NCBI GenBank assembly: GCA_964016885.1
Contig: OZ024752.1
Location: forward strand, 39,184,001 to 39,248,000
Reading direction: 5' to 3'
Length of the DNA: 64,000 bases
DNA from: Eledone cirrhosa
Lineage: Eukaryota
Below, one piece after another: positions 11,910 through 23,529 of this stretch. Position 1 is the stretch's first letter, and every line of letters starts with the position of its first letter. A program made the position numbers and the translations under genes. A model generated the notes under the pieces. The model saw nothing but the letters and a program-made list of their open reading frames with translations. It ran no database searches and was not told the origin of the DNA.

Positions 11910-14900
11910 TTGGTAGAGGCTTCAGGAGTAAACCCCGAGGATAAATCCAGCTGCTGAAGAACTGTGCAGAGCCATTTATAGCTTGCCTGCTGGAAAGGCA
12001 CCAGGAATGGAAGGCATCCTCTCAGAGGTCATCAGGTGTGCAAAGGGAGTGCTACTTAGCGGGAGAGTTGGATGAGCAGCCTCCACATATGCCAGGCTGA
12101 CGAAGAAGAGTCTGAGAGAACAGAAAACTAACTACAAACACCAAGATTACTGTCTACAAGGCGTGTGTCCTCAGCACACTACCTTATAACAGTGAGAGAT
12201 GAAGCCTCTACACCTGACATGATTGGTGTCTCAATGTCTTACACCTTTGTAGCCTGAGACACTTTCTGGATAGCAAGTAGACTGACCGGGTCATGAACAT
12301 TGAGGTCCTCAACTACGCCAAGATACTCAGCATATACACCCTGCTCCAACAGTGCCATCTGCACTAGCTCGATCATGTGCATTACATGCCGGACAGGAGG
12401 ATCCCCAAAGACCTACCATTAGGGGAACTGGCCACTGGCACAAGAACACGAGAACGACTTCATTTTCGCTTCAAAGACATCTACAGGAGGGATATGAAGT
12501 TGATAGAACTGGACACCCAGAGATGGGAGGAAGTCACTAGTGACATCTACAGGAGGGATATGAAGTTGATAGAACTGGACACCCAGAGATGGGAGGAAGT
12601 CGCTAGTGACACCTACAGGAGGGATATGAAGTTGATAGAACTGGACACCCAGAGATGGGAGGAAGTCACTAGTGACATCTACAGGAGGGATATGAAGTTG
12701 ATAGAACTGGACACCCAGAGATGGGAGGAAGTCGCTAGTGACACCTACAGGAGGGATATGAAGTTGATAGAACTGGACACCCAGAGATGGGAGGAAGTTG
12801 CTAGTGACACCTACATGAGGGATATGAAGTTGATAGAACTGGACATCCAGAGATGGGAGGAAGTTGCTAGTGACATCTACAGGAGGGATATGAAGTTGAT
12901 AGAACTGGACACCCAGAGATGGGAGGAAGTCGCTAGTGACATCTACAGGAGGGATATGAAGTTGATAGAACTGGACACCCAGAGATGGGAGGAAGTCGCT
13001 AGTGACACCTACAGGAGGGATATGAAGTTGATAGAACTGGACACCCAGAGATGGGAGGAAGTCACTAGTGACATCTAGAGGAGGGATATGAAGTTGATAG
13101 AACTGGACACCCAGAGATGGGAGGAAGTCGCTAGTGACATCTAGAGGAGGGATATGAAGTTGATAGAACTGGACACCCAGAGATGGGAGGAAGTCGCTAG
13201 TGACACCTACAGGAGGGATATGAAGTTGATAGAACTGGACACCCAGAGATGGGAGGAAGTCGCTAGTGACACCTAGAGGAGGGATATGAAGTTGATAGAA
13301 CTGGACACCCAGAGATGGGAGGAAGTCACTAGTGACACCTACATGAGGGATATGAAGTTGATAGAACTGGACACCCAGAGATGGGAGGAAGTCGCTAGTG
13401 ACATCTACTGGAGGGATATGAAGTTGATAGAACTGGACACCCAGAGATGGGAGGAAGTCGCTAGTGACATCTACTGGAGGGATATGAAGTTGATAGAACT
13501 GGACACCCAGAGATGGGAGGAAGTCGCTAGTGACACCTAGAGGAGGGATATGAAGTTGATAGAACTGGACACCCAGAGATGGGAGGAAGTCGCTAGTGAC
13601 ACCTAGAGGAGGGATATGAAGTTGATAGAACTGGACACCCAGAGATGGGAGGAAGTCGCTAGTGACACCTAGAGGAGGGATATGAAGTTGATAGAACTGG
13701 ACACCCAGAGATGGGAGGAAGTCGCTAGTGACATCTAGAGGAGGGATATGAAGTTGATAGAACTGGACACCCAGAGATGGGAGGAAGTCGCTAGTGACAC
13801 CTAGAGGAGGGATATGAAGTTGATAGAACTGGACACCCAGAGATGGGAGGAAGTCGCTAGTGACATCTAGAGGAGGGATATGAAGTTGATAGAACTGGAC
13901 ACCCAGAGATGGGAGGAAGTCGCTAGTGACACCTACAGGAGGGATATGAAGTTGATAGAACTGGACACCCAGAGATGGGAGGAAGTCGCTAGTGACACCT
14001 AGAGGAGGGATATGAAGTTGATAGAACTGGACACCCAGAGATGGGAGGAAGTCACTAGTGACACCTACATGAGGGATATGAAGTTGATAGAACTGGACAC
14101 CCAGAGATGGGAGGAAGTCACTAGTGACACCTACATGAGGGATATGAAGTTGATAGAACTGGACACCCAGAGATGGGAGGAAGTCGCTAGTGACATCTAC
14201 TGGAGGGATATGAAGTTGATAGAACTGGACACCCAGAGATGGGAGGAAGTCGCTAGTGACATCTACTGGAGGGATATGAAGTTGATAGAACTGGACACCC
14301 AGAGATGGGAGGAAGTCGCTAGTGACACCTAGAGGAGGGATATGAAGTTGATAGAACTGGACACCCAGAGATGGGAGGAAGTCGCTAGTGACATCTACTG
14401 GAGGGATATGAAGTTGATAGAACTGGACACCCAGAGATGGGAGGAAGTCGCTAGTGACATCTACTGGAGGGATATGAAGTTGATAGAACTGGACACCCAG
14501 AGATGGGAGGAAGTCGCTAGTGACATCTACAGGAGGGATATGAAGTTGATAGAACTGGACACCCAGAGATGGGAGGAAGTCGCTAGTGACATCTACAGGA
14601 GGGATATGAAGTTGATAGAACTGGACACCCAGAGATGGGAGGAAGTCGCTAGTGACATCTACAGGAGGGATATGAAGTTGATAGAACTGGACACCCAGAG
14701 ATGGGAGGAAGTCGCTAGTGACACCTACATGAGGGATATGAAGTTGATAGAACTGGACACCCAGAGATGGGAGGAAGTCGCTAGTGACACCTACAGGAGG
14801 GATATGAAGTTGATAGAACTGGACACCCAGAGATGGGTAGAAGTCGCTAGTGATCGGCCACAATGGAGACGAGTACTGGCCAAAGGGGTGGAGTGAGTGG
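11910..14900 (+). mobile_element. Degenerate RTE-clade LINE 3' fragment hosting the 66-bp array
   Basis: Reads VYKACVLSTLPYNSE, then HVHYMPDRRIPKDL...GELATGTR...RFKD, then after the array ASDRPQWRR, as in RTE ORF C-termini. Confidence 0.85.
12475..14852 (+). repeat. 66-bp minisatellite, about 36 copies, derived from RTE coding sequence
   Basis: Each unit encodes DIYRRDMKLIELDTQRWEEVAS and is continuous with non-repeated RTE sequence on both sides. Confidence 0.97.
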
Positions 14901-15411
14901 AGGAGAAATTGAAACTTGCCTCCGAAGAAAAGCTTGCTCGAAAAAAGAACACAGTTGCACCAGAAGAGAGCAGCCTCTAGCCTGCCAAATCTCTGTCCTT
15001 GATAACCTGTCCTTCCCATACCAACATTGAGGCAGACGTAAAATGACAATGTCTGCTTATGTCTAACGAAACCATTGGTAACGTATGAATAAATCAAATT
15101 GTTAATACAAATGTGAGTGTGTGTGTGTGTGTGTGTTTGTGTATACATATATAGGAATATATACAAAAAGAAAAGGGAGAATATAAAACCAGATCAAAAC
15201 AAAAAGAAGACACAGGGTAAGAAGAAACGCCATTGAGAAGGTCACAAGACGTGGATTAGGTAGATAATAAAACTGAAGTGAAACTAAACAGGTACGTGTG
15301 TTATATTGACAGCATGACCCTCCCAAAGTATCGCTATATATATACACACATACGTACATATATACATACATATTGGCAAAATGACTCCCAAAGTATAACT
15401 ACATATACACA

Positions 15412-15830
15412 CATCTGTACATCCAGCCTGTAGCTTTCGAGACGTTTGGGGGAGTCGGGCCGCTGAATACCAGCTTCCTCTCTTCACTGGCGGCTCGCCT
15501 AATAGAGGTAACTGGAGAATCTCGCGCGGGCGCTTGGCTGTTTCAGCGCATTAGCCCCGCCATCACCCGAGGCAACGCTGCGAGTGTGCTGGCTTGCCTC
15601 AAAAATCACTAGAGAGGTTGCCCAGTACTCCTAGCGACGCTGCTGTCTTTTGCTCTGGTGTTGGCTCCGTTGTTCACCCCTTCCTTTACATTAAAGGAAT
15701 ATATCCTTCTGAAAGGATCACGAGCAATTTATGTCATTTAAGCATTTGTAAGGTTATTTATATATATATATTTAAAACATATTTGTTATGTTATTCTACT
15801 GTAAATTTATTTATATGCTTTGTATATATC
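15412..15830 (+). mobile_element. CRE-clade (restriction-like endonuclease) non-LTR retrotransposon, 3' end
   Basis: 15421-15612 reads IQPVAFETFGGVG...LAARLIEVTGESRAGAWLFQRISPAITRGNAASVL, the typical CRE C-terminus, followed by a 3' UTR. A second copy lies at 37790-38125. Confidence 0.8.
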
Positions 15831-17409
15831 ATATGTAAACATACATATTGGCCAAATGACTCTCCCAAAGTATAACTATATATACACATATACGTAGATA
15901 TATACATACCTATTGGTAAAATGACTCCCCCCAAAGTATAACTATATACACACATATACGAATATATACACATACCTATTGGCAAAATGACTCCCCCCAA
16001 AGTATAACTATATACACACCCATACAAACACAATAATTTTCATTATTATCATAATATATACATGTTATGGTATGCTTCCGTAACTCTTGATGGAGTCGCA
16101 GGGGTGCCGTAGTGACATACGGCTTTTCTTGGGCATATTAAGCCTGGCGGAGTCCATCGCTCTCCAGGAATACATACATACATAGGTATTTATATACATA
16201 CACACAGTGTGTATATATATCCTTTTAGACTTTCGTGTGGAACGAGTTTATGGAAGTACGTAAGAGTACTTCAGAGAAATATGAATTTAAACTTTTCAAG
16301 CCAGACATTAAAAATCACGAATAAAGTTATACTTTCTTGAATTTAAGTTTTACGACAATATTAAACAATGTATACTCACCATTAACAACAAGGCTTACAT
16401 TTGTGTTATATGTTGTAAATGCGGATGTAAAACTGTTCAAAACTTAAGTACTTTAGTTCGTTTATCTACTGATATAAGTAATATAATTGTCAGTCACAGA
16501 GAGACAGACAGACACACCTATATACTCAAACTTTGTCTCTTCCCCTTCCTTTCTCTTATTCAAAATAACTTCACATCTAATCAGGTTATGTTAGACTTAT
16601 TCTATTTAAAATGTCATTTTAGTCTCTTCTCTTATTTTCACCCTATTTTTTTTTATTGTTTCTGTGTAGTTCATACCCCTTTCTTGGTCACCCTGTTTAC
16701 TCTTCTATTTTACAGTACGGTGAGTGTGGTCTATATTTACCACCTGTGGCCAGGGGGCCCTCAGTAGCATTGCAGAGACCCACTGTAGTATTTTAGGGGC
16801 CAATGCCCCTAAGTACGTAAATGATACGGTGACGGGTCATCACCGTATCATTTACGTACTTATACCTCTTAAAAGGGTCCTTGCCTATACCGTCCCACCT
16901 AGTTCATTTACTTATTTCGTTATTTCTTTATTTCTTTCTTTACTTCTTTCTTTCTTTCTTTATTTATTTATCTAGCCTAACAATAGCTAGAGACCTAGGT
17001 CGTAGAACCCGCTTTACTTTTTTCTTTACACTTATGCGCTTTTCTTCACTCTCAGTATTTTTTCTTTCATATATATTTTTACCCCCTATTGTTCTACCTA
17101 CCGTTCCGACTTCCTCCCCCTCCCCAGTATCTTCTTTGACCTCATGCCCAGCTGTAGCTGGCACTACCAACGCTTGATTGGGTCTACTCCACCCCCTCCC
17201 CTCTTTCTCCTACTGGCAGGTTTAGCCACCATCTCCCCTACTAATTTGCAATCACAGAATTACTACTGATTTTTGACAATCACTTTGACCATATATGGAA
17301 TTACCCCTTGAGAAGATCGGCTATTTAAATACCAGGATAAATTTTCATTTAGTCCAGAATTAGCCGTCGAAACGGCTTGTAGCTACACATTTTATCTCCA
17401 GCCTGTATA

Positions 17410-17640
17410 GGTTGGCCACTGGTGTAAGAGGGAGTTTGTTGCTGTTGCTCTTAGGTTTCACTCGTGCCTTGCTGTGGGCTCATCCGGGATCCTGGATAAC
17501 AAGGTGTCGAGATGTTTCTTGAAGACATCCACCTCCACGTCATGCAAATCTCTCAGATCCCTCGGCAGCCTGTTGAAGAGTTGAGGGCCCTTGAATCCCA
17601 GGCTATTGCAATACCTGCTCCTTATTCTAGACGTGGAAGT
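17410..17640 (-). mobile_element. CR1-group LINE 3' fragment
   Basis: Minus strand reads YCNSLGFKGPQLFNRLPRDLRDLHDVEVDVFKKHLDTLLSRIPDEP. Confidence 0.75.
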
Positions 17641-17912
17641 ATGTATATGTTTATATGTATAGACATATAAACATATAGATACCAGACACAGGCTGATCTG
17701 TTTCTAGGAGAATTTCAATAGACTTTCGGCTGGGTGAGACTTTCAGGTGAGGGCATATCTTTTGGACGCCGAAATTCGTTCATTCTAAACCACACGCTTG
17801 CAGTTCCTTAGAGAACTAACACCATGCTCTGGATCTGAGCATATCAATGAATTAACAAGGTAAAATCTATTACAACGTCATGTTTTCCTGTTTTTTTTTG
17901 TTCAAATTCTTA

Positions 17913-19545
17913 GTTATACTTTGGGTGAGTCATTTTGCCAATATGTATGTATATATGTATATATGTATGTATATATGTACGTATATGTGTATATATAGTT
18001 ATACTTTGGGAGAGTCATTTTACCAATATGTATGTATATATGTACGTATATGTGTATATATAATTATACTTTGGGAGAGTCATTTTGCCAATATGTATAC
18101 ATATATGTATATATATACATATGTATGTATATATGTACATATAATTATACTTTGGAAGAGTTATACTTATGGAGAGTCATTTTGCCAATATGTATGTATA
18201 TACATATGTATGTATATTTGTACGAATATGTGTATATATAATTATACTTTGGAAGAGTTATAATTTGGGAGAGTCATTTTGCCAATATGTATGTATATAT
18301 GTACATATGTATGTATATATGTCTATATATGTATGTATATATGTCTGTCTCATGGTCGGGTCGTTGGCGACTAAACTGGCAACCCCACCAAGGTTTCTTG
18401 GTGAGGAGGGTGACTTTGGACATCCTGCAGGACTAAAAACAAAACCTGTCAAAGGGCAAAGGAGCTCTTAAGAGACAATGGTCATCCAAAATCACTGGGA
18501 GAGATGACCCCTTAGCCTTTGTCAAGGCAGAATACTAGGAGAAGGAAAACTCTGATATAACACTTGCAACCCTGATGATATCCAATGATGTTGACTTGTT
18601 CTTCTTTTTGGTAAATATCTTGGTTAAGAGAGTGGGACTGGCCTTGTGCTCACTATAAAAGCTTCACGGCACAGGCATTGCGTTATATCTGGAGATCTTT
18701 CTGCACTTGTCGTCACATGGTACCATGAGCCCACACTATGTGTCAATAATTGTCACAAGTGTAGTGTTTGTACCAGAGTTTTCAAGTGGCTGGCTGGACT
18801 AAAAAGTCACACTCGTTCAGCGCATCGGTAGGGGTTCTCCTACATGGATAAAAAGTAGTGGCCGTACTCGAAAACGAGTTGGCAGCCACCATATGTATAT
18901 ATATAATTATACTTTGGGAGAGTCATTTTGCCAATATGTATATATGTATGTATATATGTACGTATATGTGTATATATAATTATACTTTGAAAGAGTTATA
19001 CTTTGGGAGAGTCATTTTGCCAATATGTATGTATATATGTACATATGTACGTATATGTGTATATATAATTATACTTTGGGAGAGTCATTTTGCCAATATG
19101 TATGTATATATGTACATATATACATATATATGTATATATGTACGTATATGTGTATATATAATTATACTTTGGAAGAGTTATACTTTGGGAGAGTCATTTT
19201 GCCAACATGTATGTATATATGTACATATGTACGTATATGTGTATATATAATTATACTTTGAAAGAGTTATACTTTGGGAGAGTCATTTTGCCAACATGTA
19301 TGTATATATGTACATATATACATATATATGTATATATGTACGTATATGTGTATATATAATTATACTTTGAAAGAGTTATACTTTGGGAGAGTCATTTTGC
19401 CAATATGTATGTATATATGTACATATATACATATATATGTATATATGTACGTATATGTGTATATATAATTATACTTTGGAAGAGTTATACTTTGGGAGAG
19501 TCATTTTGCCAATATGTATGTATATATGTACGTGTGTATGTATAC
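17913..19545. repeat. Variable-length minisatellite with a fixed core and TA-rich spacer, interrupted at about 18340-18890
   Basis: Recurrent TTATACTTTGGGAGAGTCATTTTGCCAATATG; inverted copies at 15320-15410 and 15840-16025. Confidence 0.9.
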
Positions 19546-20184
19546 ATGTCAGGTTGGTTTTGAATGCTCCTGGTAACATGTAACCCAGTACAACCTGTTT
19601 CATGGTTGGGTTATTGGCGACTAAACCGGCAACCCCACCAAGCTTGCTTGGTGAGGAGGGGGATATTTGGACACCCTGCGGGATGAAATACAAGAGCCAG
19701 CAAAGGGCGGAAGATCTCGGGAGGGTCAACAGCCATCCAAATAGTACTTTTTTTTTTTTTTTACCTGGAAGTTAAAGGCCCTCAATTGTTGTCACAACAT
19801 CTTTCTAAGAGAGGGAAACTCTGAAAAAATCCTGAGGCTTCGGACGCATCCGAGGATGTTGACCAATTCTCCTTTTTGGGTAGTGTTTGCGATGCCCAGA
19901 GAGTGGGATTGGATGAGTGCAGGGCCTTTCCCCACTTGAAAAACCTTCAAAGCACAGGTATTGCTTGTTCAGGTAATGTTACAGGTTCTAGTACTCTTAG
20001 CAGAGTGTAACGAATAGATGGAATTGTTGGTATGATGGTTTCAATGCAAAGAATAATACCAGGATTGTGTTGTTACAATGTTTATTTTATTATAACAATA
20101 TTTAATTTGAATATTGAATGATAAAATCTATGACATGAAATATTCGTACAATGAGTACGAATACAAGTATCACAAAATACGATA

Positions 20185-20335
20185 TAATTGTTTCTACTTT
20201 AGGCACAATGCCAGCAATCACCCAGTGTATTACTGGTACTTTATTTTATCGACCACGGTAAGGATGAAAGGCAAAGTCAACCTCGGCGGGATTTGAACTC
20301 AGATCGTAAAGGGACGTAACTATGCTGGAAAGGTT
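20185..20335 (-). mobile_element. tRNA-derived SINE
   Basis: Reverse complement has GAGTTCAAATCCCGCCGAGGTTGACTTTGCCTTTCATCC. Confidence 0.85.
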
Positions 20336-20914
20336 TTGCAGCCATCATGTATATATGTGCGTATATGTGTATATATAATTATACTTTGGAAGAGTCATTT
20401 TGCCAATATATATGTATATATGTACGTATATGTGTATATATAGTGATACTTTGGGAGGGTATGCAGCCAATATAACACTCGTACCTGTTTAATTTCACGT
20501 CAGTTTTATTATTAGTTATCTACCTAATCCACGTCTTGTGACCTTCTCAATGCCTTTTCTTCGTACCCTGTGTCTTCTGTTTGTTTTGATTTTGTTTTAT
20601 TTACTCCCTTTTCTTTTTGTATATATTTCTATATATGTCTACACAAACACACACACTCACACACACACATTTGTATTAAAGATTTGATTTATTCATACAT
20701 TACCAATGGTTTCATTAGACATAAGCAGACATTGTCATTTTACATCTGCTTCAATGCTGGTATGGGAGGAAAGGTTATCAAGGGCAGACATTTGGCAGGC
20801 TAGAGACTGCTCTCCTCTGGTGCAACTGTGTTGTTCTTTTTTCGAGCAAGCTTTTTTTCAGAGGCAAGTTTCAGCTTCTCACCCCACCCCTTTGTGCAGT
20901 ACTCGTCTCCATTG

Positions 20915-21200
20915 TGGTCATTGCTATTACACATCCAAGCTTCATTTCTTTCTAATCTGCGCAAGTCTTCTACAGACAGCGCCCAGGTTTCACTTCCATG
21001 TAACATTGCTGTTCGTATACACGCATCATATAGTCTGCTTTTCATTTTGAGGGAAAAGCCTTTTGCAGCTAGCAGTGGCTCCCTGAACTTTTTCTATCCC
21101 ATTCTTACCCTAGTTATTGTACTTTCTGAACACCCACCTCCACTGCTAATTCGGTCACCTAGGTAGCAGAAGCTATCTACTGTTTCTACAGAGCTCTCCC
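20915..21200 (-). mobile_element. RTE LINE fragment
   Basis: MKSRLYDACIRTAMLHGSETWALSVEDLRRLERNEA; same family as 31350-32716. Confidence 0.9.
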
Positions 21201-21280
21201 AGAGTTTGGTGGGTCTTGTTATTATATTCTAAATGCATATATATATACAAAACATGAAACAATCAAATTTTAGCTTAATA

Positions 21281-21344
21281 CATTCAGTTGCTGACGATCG
21301 TTTCTTCCAGACATCAGTCTGGAATCATCGGAACATATACAATG
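21281..21344 (-). ncRNA. Type I hammerhead ribozyme motif with variant core CCGAUGA
   Basis: Minus strand: UGUU-CCGAUGA-UUCCAGAC-ugau-GUCUGGAA-GAAA-C-gauc-GUC/AGCA. Perfect 8-bp stem II and palindromic stem III. Confidence 0.7.
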
Positions 21345-21425
21345 TTTAAACAAGTAAAACATTCATAATGATACATTACTATTGACATTGTCAGTGACAT
21401 CATACTGAAAAGCAAGAGTGACGAA

Positions 21426-21920
21426 AAGATATTATGTTATACATATATCAAAGTATTAGGAGTGAAAATATTGAGCATATTATATATAAAGATATTATGT
21501 TCTACATATATCAAAGTATTAGGAGTGAAAATATTGAGCATATTATATATAAAGATATTATGTTATACAGATATCAAAGTATTAGGAGTGAAAATATTGA
21601 GCATATTATATATAAAGATATTATGTTATACAGATATCAAACTATTAGGAGTGAAAATATTGAGCATATTATATATAAAGATATTATGTTATACAGATAT
21701 CAAAGTATTAGGAGTGAAAATATTGAGCTTATTATATATAAAGATATCAAAGTATTAGGAGTGAAAATATTGAGCATATTACATAGAAAGTTATTATGTT
21801 ATACAGATATCAAAGTATTAGGAGTGAAAATATTGAGCATATTATATATAAAGATATTATATTATACAGATATCAAAGCATTAGGAGTGAAAATATTGAA
21901 TATATTACATAGAAAGTTAT
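21426..21920. repeat. 63-bp minisatellite, about 7-8 copies
   Basis: Unit AAAGATATTATGTTATACAGATATCAAAGTATTAGGAGTGAAAATATTGAGCATATTATATAT; 21-aa periodicity in the ORF track. Confidence 0.9.
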
Positions 21921-22194
21921 TCATTAATGTAATTCAGGTGTAAAAGATACCAAGCAAAAAGGTGTTACAGAAGATAGATAAAAGATATCATAGCATTGAA
22001 AAATGTAATAGTAAGGGTATATGATGCAAAATATTAATAAAGGCATGCATGAGGTAAGAGTTAGAAAATGAATATATCAAGCATATTTCATACAGAATGT
22101 TAAAGACTGTTAAAAGTGTTAAAAATGGAATGCATTATGGTAAAGAAATACGTAATGATATGATGAATAAATGTTGTGTAATGCAAAATATAAA

Positions 22195-22385
22195 TAGTTG
22201 TTTCTACTTTTGGCACAAGGCCAGCAATTATCACAGTGTATTACTGGTACTTTATTTTATCGACCCCCGTGAAAATGAACGACAAAGTTAACCTCGACGG
22301 GATTTGAACTCAGACCGTAAAGGGACATAACTATACTGGAAAGCATGGCGTCCGACCTTCTACCGATACTGCTAATTCACCGCCC
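22195..22385 (-). mobile_element. tRNA-derived SINE
   Basis: Reverse complement has A-box-like GGCGGTGAATTAGCAGTATCGG, B-box GAGTTCAAATCC and the conserved core. Confidence 0.85.
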
Positions 22386-22852
22386 TTTATGCAAAATATA
22401 AATAGTATAAGTAAATAAGATAAATAACCTATATATATATGAGAAATGGCAATTTCATAGCCTCTGTTATCTTAAACACGGCTATTCCTTATGAGCGATT
22501 TTTCCGTTACGAATATATGCACGTACACAACACACATATATATATTAACAGCTATATAAATACAAACAGACATTAGTACATATATCTATATATATATATA
22601 AACATCAAAAGAAGAAAATTGACAATTTATCCCTTATCTTCTCTATGCCAAATATTGAGACTAATGTAAAAATATATGTATATATATATGTATATAAATA
22701 TGTATATATATATGTATATATATATGTATATAAATATGTATATATATATATATAAATAAATATGTATATATATATATATATATAAATAAATATGTATATA
22801 TATATATATATATAAATAAATATGTATATATATATATATAAATAAATATGTA

Positions 22853-23358
22853 TCATCATCATCATCATCATCAGGTTTAGCGTCCGTGTTCCACGCTTGC
22901 ATGGGTTTGGACGGGGGTTTTACCACTTGAGGCAAGAGTGGTTGTCTTGCTCGCATAGGACTGTCTGGCGGGTTTTCTACAGTTGGATGCCCTTCCTAAC
23001 ACCAACCACATTTACAGTGTGGGGCTGGGAGGTTTTTACCGTGTTGCCTACACGGCCACATTACAGCATGGACTGTCTGGCGGGTTTTCTACAGTTGGAT
23101 GCCCTTCCTAACACCAGCCACATTTACAGTGTGGGGCTGGGAGGTTTTTACCGTGTTGCCTACACGGCCACATTTACAGCGTGGCCTGTGTGTTTTTTTG
23201 TCGTGACACCTACACGATCTCATTTGTTTCGCCCTGGATGTTGTGGGACCAACATAACTTTACATTGAAAGGGGCGGTGTGGATGGGGTGGAGGTGGTGG
23301 GACGGGGGGGTGTTTTGATAGAGATGCCTACTGACTGTAGTAGGTTTTTACTTTGTAT
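22853..23358 (-). mobile_element. 5'-truncated RTE (3' UTR plus (GAT)n tail)
   Basis: Reverse complement of 32320-32716, with one internal tandem duplication; (CAT)n at 22853-22872. Confidence 0.85.
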
Positions 23359-23529
23359 TATATATATATATATATATATAAATAAATATGTATATATATA
23401 TATATATAAATAAATATGTATATATATATAAATAAATATGTATATATATATATATATATAAATAAATATGTATATATATATATATAAATATGTATATATA
23501 TATATATATAAATATGTATATATATATAT

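Noticed and set aside
1027-14852. CRISPR-like appearance of the 58-, 48/37- and 66-bp arrays
   Set aside because: No unique spacers, no cas genes, eukaryotic context.
12419-15166. 915-aa minus-strand ORF
   Set aside because: It is the stop-free antisense frame of the 66-bp array; the meaningful frame is the RTE on the plus strand.
16716-16719. 4-nt microexon (ttttacAG TACG GTGAGT)
   Set aside because: The splice-like signals have no supporting neighbouring exons; likely chance.
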